A DNA stretch of 48,331 bases from an uncultured Gammaproteobacteria bacterium (GCA_964539015.1 CAZIHD010000002.1:1-48331); one strand, 5' to 3'; numbered from the stretch's first letter, positions 1 through 8,214 are shown. Translations and numbers: made by a program. The notes: generated from the letters alone by a model not told the origin.

Positions 1-2
1 GC

Positions 3-47
3 AAAATTAACTATTTAATCCCTTCAAAACTGTTTGACAAAGGGGAC
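3..47. repeat. Copy A of a 45-bp interspersed repeat (partner at 30880-30924)
   Basis: The 27-mer aaaattaactatttaatcccttcaaaa is identical at 3-29 and 30880-30906. The next 18 nt have 5 mismatches. Confidence 0.85.
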
Positions 48-214
48 CGGTATACCCTATGACATTATCACTTTGCGGGGACATATTGAGGTTCATTCAA
101 ATAATCAGATTTTTGAGCAACTCTATACAAGACTCTTACATTTAAGACCATTTGAAGGCAGGGTAAATTAAAGCTTTTATTGGCCAAATTTACATATTAT
201 AGTAATATAAAAAA

Positions 215-748
215 TCAAAGATTTAAGTTATAAAAGTGCAAATCAATCGGAATGCCTTTAATTTTCGCTTTTTCCATAGTATCAACCGTTCCTAGTCCTT
301 CACTGTCTTTAGTTTTAACCCAAAACGCAACGAGTCCGTCTGACGCCGCGACAATATCCGAATTTTCCTCATAATAACACTTAAGTTTATTCTCTTCAGT
401 AAAATTGGTATCAGGATTTTCAATTAAAGCTACTGGATTTATTCTTTTTAATTCGGTTAATTGGTTAATAAGAGCTTCTGCTTGATTTTCGGTAATATCT
501 CCGAGCTCAACATATTTATGATAATTTTCAATATATTTACTCAGAGTAGTGGGAAGAAAAACTTTGATTCGCTCACAGAAACTATCATGCCTCATAGCCT
601 CATCAAGAGCGATGGAATCGACATTGAAAGCCCCGCCGGAGACAATACCATCCCCGCGTTGCATAATCTCTGCCACAACTCGGCGGACATCATTTTTAAT
701 TTTTTTATCAATAAGATGCCAGCCGCCGCTGATACCAATCCATTTCAT
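215..748 (-). CDS. SLOG / DprA-Smf / LOG-superfamily-like Rossmann protein (177 aa)
   Basis: ATG start and TGA stop. Gly-rich loops GISGGW and IVSGGAFNVDS, plus a C-terminal SDGLVAFW...GLGTVDTMEKAKIKGIPI, resemble the DprA/LOG Rossmann pattern. Assignment is by motif only. Confidence 0.45.
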   Translation of the reverse strand: MKWIGISGGWHLIDKKIKNDVRRVVAEIMQRGDGIVSGGAFNVDSIALDEAMRHDSFCERIKVFLPTTLSKYIENYHKYVELGDITENQAEALINQLTELKRINPVALIENPDTNFTEENKLKCYYEENSDIVAASDGLVAFWVKTKDSEGLGTVDTMEKAKIKGIPIDLHFYNLNL

Positions 749-788
749 AAACCTTTATATTTTATACACGAAATTGTTTTTTTGAATA

Positions 789-1541
789 TTATTTCAAAGT
801 TTTAATAATTTTTAAATCAAAAATATCTTCTTTTATTTTCAATTTTTTTAACAATTTTCTGGCATTCACCTCCCCGCCGACATAATTAAACAGCTTTTTA
901 ACATTTCTCCCGTATCGTGGTTCTTTCAAGCCAGCCAAACTTTTTAATAATAAATTTATTTCAGCTGGCTCCGGCTGTTTAAAACCCAAAGACATAAATC
1001 TCAGGCAAGCGAATAAATTGGCCGGATGGCTTAGTTGATTTAACTTTAATCGTTTGTTTTTTAAATCAGTTAAAGCGCCCGGCAAAGAGATTAATTTGTC
1101 AAACCAATCTTCTCTAAAAATATCTTTTAACGATATGGTTGAACCGTTAATGGTAAAATTAGAATTTTTAGCTAAGTTTTTTAAGGCGCTTTTTTCTTCC
1201 GAGATATGAATATCTAAATACAGATAATCATTATGAATATGTATTGGTTTTGGAGTCCGCTTCATTTTTACCACCACCTCATGTTTTCTCTTGATTTTGC
1301 CGTAGACAAAACCGTTGCTTCTCAAATTTTTTATAAAACCATCTTGGTCGCCAATTAACATTATATCAAAATCTCTCCGGGGCAATTCTTTTTTAAAATA
1401 TTTGTAATAAATGGCGTTTCTAACAGCGCCGCCTACCAAATAAGCCTTGGTGCCTTTGGGAATTGAGGCCACGACGATTTTAAATATTTCATTAGTTTTT
1501 TCATCTTGAAGAAAAAGCGGTAATTTTTTATTGATTGGCAT
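789..1541 (-). CDS. Short CCA-adding enzyme / poly(A) polymerase family nucleotidyltransferase (head+neck only, 250 aa)
   Basis: The head motif LVGGAVRNAIYY...PRRDFDIML matches GGxVRD...DxD. A degenerate motif LFACLRFMSLGF is present. It is too short to carry the tRNA-binding body and tail. Confidence 0.55.
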   Translation of the reverse strand: MPINKKLPLFLQDEKTNEIFKIVVASIPKGTKAYLVGGAVRNAIYYKYFKKELPRRDFDIMLIGDQDGFIKNLRSNGFVYGKIKRKHEVVVKMKRTPKPIHIHNDYLYLDIHISEEKSALKNLAKNSNFTINGSTISLKDIFREDWFDKLISLPGALTDLKNKRLKLNQLSHPANLFACLRFMSLGFKQPEPAEINLLLKSLAGLKEPRYGRNVKKLFNYVGGEVNARKLLKKLKIKEDIFDLKIIKTLK

Positions 1542-1550
1542 AATATTTGT

Positions 1551-2024
1551 TCACTTAGAGCTATTGCCTTCAAGCTCTTTTTCTCGAAAAGTTTGAATTT
1601 TAACTAAATAATCTTTGTCTTTTTGCCGATCATATCTCTTAACCATTTCTTTCTTCCAATCTTCAACTATATCTAAATTGGCGAATTTAAATCCATCGAC
1701 AATCATAGGATTGCTTCTAATTTTATCTAAAAAATCTCCGTAGCCAGGCCAGGATATCCCAATATCGACCCCCATGTCATCAATAAATATTTTATATAAT
1801 TTTTGATCTTGATTTTTATGAAAAGTGACTTCTTGGGCATCACCAGGAACGACGGATCTATCAAAAACATTAACATCCAAATCGTTAATCTTCCCAGAAA
1901 AATCTACCACCCCCAATAAATAAAGCGGAGCTGAACCAAAAACGATAAAATCATTACCAATTTTATCTCGAAGTTTGATTAAATATGGTTTGATATAATT
2001 AAAAAAATCTTGGTTGATTTCCAT
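1551..2024 (-). CDS. Minimal Pol-beta-fold nucleotidyltransferase (157 aa)
   Basis: FGSAPLYLLGVVDFSGKINDLDVNV matches the GS...DxD signature. Only 9 nt separate it from the next gene. Confidence 0.5.
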   Translation of the reverse strand: MEINQDFFNYIKPYLIKLRDKIGNDFIVFGSAPLYLLGVVDFSGKINDLDVNVFDRSVVPGDAQEVTFHKNQDQKLYKIFIDDMGVDIGISWPGYGDFLDKIRSNPMIVDGFKFANLDIVEDWKKEMVKRYDRQKDKDYLVKIQTFREKELEGNSSK

Positions 2025-2032
2025 ATAAGTTA

Positions 2033-2041
2033 ATTATAGCT
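2033..2041 (-). promoter_or_regulatory. -10 box AGCTATAAT, 8 nt upstream of the ATG at 2024 (near-leaderless)
   Basis: The reverse complement of attatagct at 2033-2041 gives AGCTATAAT. It is a variant of the recurrent TGCTATAAT box. Confidence 0.45.
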
Positions 2042-2156
2042 TAAAAACTCTGAGTTTAAAAACAGTTGGTAGAATTTAAACTAATTTTAGTTAATAAAAA
2101 TAAGCTAATTGGTTAAAATAATAAATTGACAGCCAATTTTTTAACTATTTTCCCTA

Positions 2157-2185
2157 ATGAAAACGAGCCTTTCGGCTCATTTTTT
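2157..2185. terminator. Orphan terminator-like hairpin in a divergent intergenic region
   Basis: gagcc-tttc-ggctc is flanked by an A-run and a T-run (atgaaaacgagcctttcggctcatttttt). No upstream gene on either strand needs it. Confidence 0.35.
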
Positions 2186-2325
2186 GTATATTTGCTCATT
2201 TGGAGGAGCTGCTTTTGAACTTTATTTGCGAAAATATTAACAAACCAAGACATTGACTAAATTAAATAAACATTGTAACATAAAAAATCAATCAAATAAA
2301 TTGTCGAACCTTTAAAACTTAATAA

Positions 2326-3153
2326 ATGGAACATGCACAGGAAAATTTTGTTTTAAATATTAATAATGACGAATCCCCCATAATCATCACCGTACCTCAT
2401 GGGGGTATGAATAATTCTTATGGATCATGGCTAGAATCCTTATTTCAAAAAAGAACTAAGTCGGACAATCCAGAAGAAAATATTATTCAAGGAGAAAAAA
2501 TAGTTCTCGGAGGAGACAATCAAATAATGCATGTGGTTGCCGATGTTTTAAGGGAATATCAAGCAAATGTTATTATTGGTCTCTTGCCAAGAACATTTAT
2601 TGACTATAATCGCTTTGTTCCAGAAGTAGCTTATGTGGATAAAGGGTTAAAGCCATTCTATGAATCTTATCATCAAACAATTTCGGAGACTATAGAAAGG
2701 TTGAAGAAAAAATGGGGTTTAGTATTTCTGTTCGATTTTCATGGTTTTGGCAAACAACCAATCGAAGGCAAAGAATTCGATATTATTCTAGGAACCAACG
2801 GAGAGTCAAGCCCATATAAAACTGACAGATTTTTCTTTAATTCCCTGAAAAATGAATATCAGATATTTTGTGCTGGCGCAGATGGTATGTCAATAATTGA
2901 AACCAATCTCTATAAAGGTGATACTACGAATCTATTTTATTATAAAAAATACGGTATAGATGCATTACTTGTAGAAATATCATCAAAATTCAGGAGTTCA
3001 AAAAATACAAATTCCAAAGAACTTGGTAAAAAACTTGCCAAAGATTTAGGCTTATTTTTTAATAGACTAGATAAAAAAGCAAAAGAGATACAAATGGACA
3101 TTAACGGCCTATCGTCTAGCGGATCAAATCTGTATTTATTGAAAGACTTCTAA
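2326..3153 (+). CDS. N-formylglutamate amidohydrolase (FGase) family hydrolase
   Basis: The N-terminal ITVPHGG, IDYNR and FDFHGFG motifs are typical of the FGase fold. It is the only plus-strand gene in island 1. Confidence 0.5.
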   Translation: MEHAQENFVLNINNDESPIIITVPHGGMNNSYGSWLESLFQKRTKSDNPEENIIQGEKIVLGGDNQIMHVVADVLREYQANVIIGLLPRTFIDYNRFVPEVAYVDKGLKPFYESYHQTISETIERLKKKWGLVFLFDFHGFGKQPIEGKEFDIILGTNGESSPYKTDRFFFNSLKNEYQIFCAGADGMSIIETNLYKGDTTNLFYYKKYGIDALLVEISSKFRSSKNTNSKELGKKLAKDLGLFFNRLDKKAKEIQMDINGLSSSGSNLYLLKDF

Positions 3154-3251
3154 TAATTTTAAAGAGTAGTAAACCTACTCTTTTTATTTTTAAAATTGTT
3201 TTTTTAATGATTAGGAACGTGGATAATATTAGAAATTAAAATAATATAATT

Positions 3252-3869
3252 TTACTCTTGAGCGATTAATTTTACTATCTTAAATATAATATCGTCGGCT
3301 TCAGTTTCATCAATAATTTTTCCGACTTTATTCTGATTAATTTTATCAAAAAAGTTATCTACTCCGGCTTTTTTCAAAGCGATAATTTCTTCCTTAGCTG
3401 TGGCTTCGTCGCCAAGATTTTCTAAAGCTTGGTTTATAATTATCGAACCCTTTAAAAAATCATATAAATCTTTAAAGGAATCGAAATCTTTAATTTTCTG
3501 CTTTTGTTTATATTCTTTAAAATTCAATTCCAAATTATTTAAAAATTCCGGATAATATTTATTTAACCTCGCCCACCCTCTATTATAAGCGTCTTTTTCT
3601 TTTTGGATATTTTTATTTTCATTTTGATCAAAATCAATAAATTCATCCTGCCTTAAATGTCCTAATTCATGAATAATTACAGCCATAGAAAAAAATTTAT
3701 CTCCTTTAGGATACCGGATCTCAAAATTATTGTTCTCCATAGTTCTGCCCGTTCCTTGAATTTCTAATGGCCAATTTAACTCTTTAAACAATTCCGTTCT
3801 TTCTTCGAAAGGCATTAAGGCTTTCAGGGGGATAATATTTTCTTTTATAATAAATTTTCTCTCATCCAT
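3252..3869 (-). CDS. Putative Zn metallopeptidase (HExxH)
   Basis: IIHELGHLRQDE is followed about 20 residues later by EKDAYNRG, which could be a gluzincin third-ligand motif like E-x-x-A-D in M48/M78 peptidases. The family is uncertain. Confidence 0.4.
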   Translation of the reverse strand: MDERKFIIKENIIPLKALMPFEERTELFKELNWPLEIQGTGRTMENNNFEIRYPKGDKFFSMAVIIHELGHLRQDEFIDFDQNENKNIQKEKDAYNRGWARLNKYYPEFLNNLELNFKEYKQKQKIKDFDSFKDLYDFLKGSIIINQALENLGDEATAKEEIIALKKAGVDNFFDKINQNKVGKIIDETEADDIIFKIVKLIAQE

Positions 3870-3903
3870 ATATTAAAGCTATTTTTAAATCACTTTAAAG
3901 TCT

Positions 3904-4305
3904 TTAACGGCAGTCCTCTTGGCAGCTGCAATGATTTTCCCCATATTGAGCTTCGCATTTGCCATTACCACAAGGGGCGCATAAGCTGTTGCCGCCAGAT
4001 TGATAGCCGCAGACATTCTTATTATTTGGATCAACGATGCCAGTAATGGCTTTTAAGCCGGCGCAGCAAGCTTTCCCGCCCGGTACTAATTTACCGGTGC
4101 TTTTATCAATTAAATTCGGCGTCTCTCCTATCTTTGCGCAATCGGCTGTTTCATTAATCGGCGGCGATTGATCTTTATTTGTATTGCCGGTCGGAATAAC
4201 GTTATTATCTTTGATTAACGGCTCAGAATTTTTGTTTATTGTACATCCTGAGGTTAATAATAGACAAAACACAAAACTTAAAACAAAAAAATAACCTTTT
4301 TTCAT
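3904..4305 (-). CDS. Secreted cysteine-rich lipoprotein
   Basis: The lipobox LLLTSGC follows a hydrophobic signal. The C-terminal half has many Cys residues and ends in CGNGKCEAQYGENHCSCQEDC. Confidence 0.6.
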   Translation of the reverse strand: MKKGYFFVLSFVFCLLLTSGCTINKNSEPLIKDNNVIPTGNTNKDQSPPINETADCAKIGETPNLIDKSTGKLVPGGKACCAGLKAITGIVDPNNKNVCGYQSGGNSLCAPCGNGKCEAQYGENHCSCQEDCR

Positions 4306-4360
4306 AATTTTAATTTTTAATAGAATTTAATTTAAAATTAATTATATAAATATGGGTTGT

Positions 4361-5407
4361 TTATTTAAAATAATTATTGACGGCATCTTCAAACTGATCA
4401 ATAAACATTTGTTTAAAATAAGAAATATTATTTAATTCGTAAAATAATATAACCGCCTTTTTATATTCCTCGACATCCACAATTCGATAGGAAAGCGGAA
4501 TTGAATTATGCGCCAACAAAAGAGCATTAGAAAGCATCCGAGAGGTTCTTTTGTTGCCATCTTCAAAAATTTGGATATAGGCGATAAGAATTGAAACTAA
4601 AAACGCTTTTTCAAAAAATGATTCTTTTTTATTAATCAGACCAACCATATTTTGCATCGCTTCCTTAATTTGCGGCTCATTATCCAAAGGTCGATACTTT
4701 GTACCAGTAATTCCAACGCCTTCTTTTCTAATATTTTTCGTAATTCCCAGTTTTTTAGTCAAAACAGAATGAATATATTCAATATCACTAGAACGTAATT
4801 TAATAAATCGTTCTCTGCTTTGAATGGCTTCATTAAAAGCATCTTTATGATTAAGAATCATCTGTGTTTCTTCTTTTGTCTTTCCATATCCTACAACATT
4901 ATTTTTTATTAAGGCCTCGGTGCCTAAAAGCGAATAAGTATTTCCTTCAATTGCTGAGGATTTCCAAGAAAACTCAATCATTATTCTCTCAAACTCCTTA
5001 TTAATAATAGTTTGACTGTCGTATTTGGAAAAGTTTTTAACAAATTCTCTTTGCAGGTTTTCTAGTTTTTCTTTCTCTTCAGCCGTAAAAATATCATTAC
5101 TCAAAATATTAAATATTTCAAAATTAAAATTTTCTTTTACTTCTCTGTCTAAATAAGGAATATCGAAATATTCTTTGATATTAACCGATAAAGATATTTT
5201 ATTTATTTCGGTAATAGAATAAACCGTACCTCTACCAGAACCAGATTTTATAATCAAACCCTTTTTTTGCAAAAAATTTAAATCTCTTTGGAGGGTTGTT
5301 CTTTCAATAACATCACCAAGAAAATCTAAAATATCGGAGTTAGATACTTCACTTTTGCTCTGAATAAAATTAATGATATTTTGTTGTCTTTCTTGTTTCT
5401 TGCTCAT
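4361..5407 (-). CDS. DeoR-type wHTH fused to a Fic/Doc domain with a degenerate active-site motif
   Basis: The N-terminus ERTTLQRDLNFLQKKGLIIKSGSGRG is a DeoR-like HTH. The Fic core reads QIFEDGNKRTSR instead of HPFxDGNGRxxR. An inhibitory-helix-like SSAIEGN is present. Confidence 0.7.
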   Translation of the reverse strand: MSKKQERQQNIINFIQSKSEVSNSDILDFLGDVIERTTLQRDLNFLQKKGLIIKSGSGRGTVYSITEINKISLSVNIKEYFDIPYLDREVKENFNFEIFNILSNDIFTAEEKEKLENLQREFVKNFSKYDSQTIINKEFERIMIEFSWKSSAIEGNTYSLLGTEALIKNNVVGYGKTKEETQMILNHKDAFNEAIQSRERFIKLRSSDIEYIHSVLTKKLGITKNIRKEGVGITGTKYRPLDNEPQIKEAMQNMVGLINKKESFFEKAFLVSILIAYIQIFEDGNKRTSRMLSNALLLAHNSIPLSYRIVDVEEYKKAVILFYELNNISYFKQMFIDQFEDAVNNYFK

Positions 5408-5413
5408 GTTTTT

Positions 5414-5441
5414 ATTATAGCATTTAATTGCTGCATTTCAA
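5414..5441 (-). promoter_or_regulatory. Strong sigma70-type promoter predicting a leaderless Fic mRNA
   Basis: On the minus strand: -35 TTGAAA (5441-5436), a 16-nt spacer, then TGCTATAAT (5422-5414), then 6 nt, then the ATG at 5407. Confidence 0.6.
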
Positions 5442-5536
5442 ATGCTTTATTGCTGCATTTTATCAAAAATCCTCAAAAAGTCAAGTAAATTCACATTTAA
5501 TTGCTGCATTTTATCGAGCATTATTGCGACATTTTT
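5421..5536. repeat. Four operator-like direct repeats (core TTGCTGCATTT)
   Basis: The core occurs at 5428-5438, 5450-5460 and 5500-5510, with the variant ttgcgacattt at 5524-5534. All lie upstream of, or overlap, the Fic promoter. Confidence 0.7.
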
Positions 5537-5643
5537 CAAGTCTATTTGCGGCTTAAATATTAAAACTACCGATATTTTCTCCAACGCATTTATTATACTG
5601 CGCCCAAACCCTTCCCTTGGTTCGAGTCCGTCCTGTAATAAAT

Positions 5644-5670
5644 AAAATCACACCCAATGAGTGTGATTTT
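5644..5670. terminator. Bidirectional hairpin terminator downstream of tRNA-Gln
   Basis: aaaatcacac / gtgtgatttt forms a 10-bp stem with a 7-nt loop. Confidence 0.6.
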
Positions 5671-5678
5671 ATTTAGTG

Positions 5679-5749
5679 CTCGGGGACGTGGACTCGAACC
5701 ACGATTAACAGGACCAGAACCTGTCGTCCTACCATTAGACGATCCCCGA
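5679..5749 (-). tRNA. tRNA-Gln (anticodon CTG)
   Basis: Manual cloverleaf: acceptor TCGGGGA/TCCCCGA (U1-A72), D stem GTCT/GGAC, anticodon stem ACAGG/CCTGT with loop TTCTGGT, and T arm CGTGG-TTCGAGT-CCACG. No CCA is encoded. Confidence 0.9.
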
Positions 5750-5755
5750 ATAATA

Positions 5756-6193
5756 TTATTTTTTCCTAATTTCCCAATCAGCTATCTTCCCTGCTTCTAC
5801 TTTAAACAAAATATGGCTAACCGGCTTAACAATTTTTCTTAACTCTTCAAAACGTTTCTTATCGCGCTTAGCCAGCTTGACCAACAAATGTTGAAATTCG
5901 TATTCTAGCTGGCCACTGCTTACTTTAATATTTTTTAATTTTTTTTTCAAGGGGTTGATTTTTGATTGATCAAAATTATAACCTCGCCCCAAAGCTTCGC
6001 GATAAATCCCTTCTAAATAAGCATTAATATAATCCAGCGGCTTTTCTTGTTCTTTAAATCTAAGAAGCTGGGGGTGATTTCGATATCCTTTTGTTTTTCC
6101 GGCCAAAACTTTTTTGGCCAATAATCCTTCCCGCCAAACAGCCAAAAGTCCCGACCGGTCTAAATATTCCGGAGACAGGCTCCAAAGGCGCAT
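5756..6193 (-). CDS. Pyrimidine dimer DNA glycosylase / endonuclease V family
   Basis: The N-terminus MRLWSLSPEYLDRSGLLAVWREGLLAKKVL...GYRNHPQLLRF is characteristic of this family. Confidence 0.7.
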   Translation of the reverse strand: MRLWSLSPEYLDRSGLLAVWREGLLAKKVLAGKTKGYRNHPQLLRFKEQEKPLDYINAYLEGIYREALGRGYNFDQSKINPLKKKLKNIKVSSGQLEYEFQHLLVKLAKRDKKRFEELRKIVKPVSHILFKVEAGKIADWEIRKK

Positions 6194-6194
6194 A

Positions 6195-7685
6195 TTATTT
6201 TAAATCTTCTTTTTCTATCTTTGGCCTCATTAACGGGAACAAAGTCGTTTCTCGAAGCGGTTTATCCGCCATAAAAGCAAATAAGCGTTCACCAAAACCG
6301 AAACCGCAAGTCGGTGGCATCCCGTGTTCCAGCATTTCGACAAATTCCCAATCCGGCATCATCGCTTCTTTATCACCTCGGTCAATTAAGCGCTGTTGCA
6401 ATTCAAAGCGCTGGCGCTGATCCACTGGATCGTTAAGTTCCGAAAAACCATTGCCGACCTCGCTGCCGGCGATAATTATCTGAAAACGCTCGGTCAATTC
6501 CGGGTTGGCGGGATTGGCCTTGGATAATGGTGAAACTAATTTAGGATGATTAACAAGAAAAACCGGACCGGTAATCGTGCGGCGGCAATATTTCCACAGC
6601 GTATCCATCAAACGTTCGCGATTATCGCCTTCATATTTAACTTCCAGCTCATCAAGTTTTGTTTTCATTTCTTGTTCCGTCGCTTTCAAAACATCGATTC
6701 CGGTAAGCCTTAAAATTTCCCCGCAATAATCTAATCGCGGCCACTCGCCGGCCAAGTCATATTCCATGCCCTTGGTGGTAAATTTCGTCTTATTAAACAC
6801 TTTTAAGGCAATCTCCTGATACAATTCCTGTGTTAATTTCATGCCTGATTCATAATCGGCGTAAGCCCAATAAAATTCCAGATTGGTAAATTCCTGCAGA
6901 TGATCCGGACTGGAGCCTTCGTTGCGATAGACGCGGCCGATTTCAAAAACCTTCTCAAAGCCGGCGGCCATCAAGCGTTTCTGCCACAGTTCACCGACGG
7001 AAATACGCAGATAAACATCCAAGTCAAAATCATCGTGATGAGTTTTAAACGGATTAGCTTCGGCGCCGCCGGTCGTTGTTTCCAGGGTTGGTGTTTCTAC
7101 CTCAAAAAAACCGTGCCGTTTCATAAAATCGCGAGCCACTTCCCAGAACAAAGCTTTTTTATAAAACAATTCCCGTGTTTCCGGATGTAAAAGAATATCC
7201 AAATAACGCTGGCGATAGCGTTCGTCTTCGTCTTTCAGCCCATACCAGGCATCAGGAATTGGCGCAATCGCTTTGGCTAAAACAGCCCAAGCGGATACCA
7301 TTAAGCTCTTTTCATCGGTATGGGTCAGAAAAACACTGCCGGTTGCTTCAATAAAATCGCCCGCATCAATTAATTTCACTAAAAGTTTATAACTCTCATC
7401 GCCTAATTCTTTTTTGGAAAAAGCCAGCTGGATTTGACCGGAAGCATCCTCTAAATTTGCGAAAGTCAGATTACCATGGCCGCGCAAGCTGCGCAGGCGT
7501 CCGGCCACAGTTATTTTCGTCTTATTTGCAACTAAATTTTCAAAATCAGAAAAGACGCCGGCAATCTCATGATCGCGATGAGTGGCGGCCGGATAAGGAT
7601 TAACGCCCGCCTCTTTTAAGGCGGCTAATTTTTTCAAGCGTTCTTCCCTTTCACTGCCGGGAGCCATAATCTTTTCCTCGGACAT
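6195..7685 (-). CDS. lysS: Lysine--tRNA ligase, class II
   Basis: Class II motifs are present (VYRNEGSSPDH, GFGFGERL), together with an OB-fold N-terminus and a typical length. Confidence 0.95.
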   Translation of the reverse strand: MSEEKIMAPGSEREERLKKLAALKEAGVNPYPAATHRDHEIAGVFSDFENLVANKTKITVAGRLRSLRGHGNLTFANLEDASGQIQLAFSKKELGDESYKLLVKLIDAGDFIEATGSVFLTHTDEKSLMVSAWAVLAKAIAPIPDAWYGLKDEDERYRQRYLDILLHPETRELFYKKALFWEVARDFMKRHGFFEVETPTLETTTGGAEANPFKTHHDDFDLDVYLRISVGELWQKRLMAAGFEKVFEIGRVYRNEGSSPDHLQEFTNLEFYWAYADYESGMKLTQELYQEIALKVFNKTKFTTKGMEYDLAGEWPRLDYCGEILRLTGIDVLKATEQEMKTKLDELEVKYEGDNRERLMDTLWKYCRRTITGPVFLVNHPKLVSPLSKANPANPELTERFQIIIAGSEVGNGFSELNDPVDQRQRFELQQRLIDRGDKEAMMPDWEFVEMLEHGMPPTCGFGFGERLFAFMADKPLRETTLFPLMRPKIEKEDLK

Positions 7686-7690
7686 ATTTT

Positions 7691-8149
7691 TTAATCAATT
7701 TTTACAATCTTGTATTCCACAATTCCGCGAGGCGTTTCCACATTTACGGTCGCTCCCTTCTTTTTGCCCAAAAAAGCTACGCCTAATGGTGATTCGTTAG
7801 AAATTTTACCATTCAACGGATCCGCTTCGTTAAAACTGACAATCATATACTGTTTTTCTTTGCCGTCATTCTTTACTGTAACATGCGAACCCATGGTAAC
7901 CTCGTCCTGCCCGCCATGATTATCAACTACCGTGACGTTTTTCAAAATATTCGTTAATTCTAGGACACGGCCTTCATTCAAGGCCTGAGCATCTTTGGCT
8001 TCACTGTATTCGGCATTCTCGCTTAAATCGCCTAATTCCTTAGCCCGTTCAATTCTTTCTGCAATTTCTCGGCGTTTTGTGGTACTGAGATAATTAAGCT
8101 CATCTTGTAATTTATCATAGCCCTCTTGGGTGATAATTTGATCAGACAT
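7691..8149 (-). CDS. greA: Transcription elongation factor GreA
   Basis: The coiled-coil N-terminus reads GYDKLQDEL...GDLSENAEYSEAKD. It is 152 aa. Confidence 0.95.
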   Translation of the reverse strand: MSDQIITQEGYDKLQDELNYLSTTKRREIAERIERAKELGDLSENAEYSEAKDAQALNEGRVLELTNILKNVTVVDNHGGQDEVTMGSHVTVKNDGKEKQYMIVSFNEADPLNGKISNESPLGVAFLGKKKGATVNVETPRGIVEYKIVKID

Positions 8150-8170
8150 AAAGAAAAATTAAAGATTAAA

Positions 8171-8199
8171 GCGTCCGGTTGAAAATTCAGCCCGGACGC
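8171..8199 (-). terminator. Hairpin terminator after the Wzy-like gene
   Basis: gcgtccgg / ccggacgc is an 8-bp GC stem followed by a T-rich run on the minus strand. Confidence 0.5.
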
Positions 8200-8214
8200 G
8201 GCAATTAGTATGTA

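Larger units (their letters stand above)
1..5650. mobile_element. Low-GC accessory island 1 (left end outside window), abutting tRNA-Gln
   Basis: Clearly more AT-rich by eye than 5750-28000. All contents are accessory genes. It ends at a tRNA gene and a T-arm-like fragment (5619-5633). No integrase lies inside the window. Confidence 0.45.

Noticed and set aside
5657-5842. 61-aa plus-strand ORF
   Set aside because: It reads straight through tRNA-Gln (antisense) and overlaps the 3' end of the glycosylase gene.
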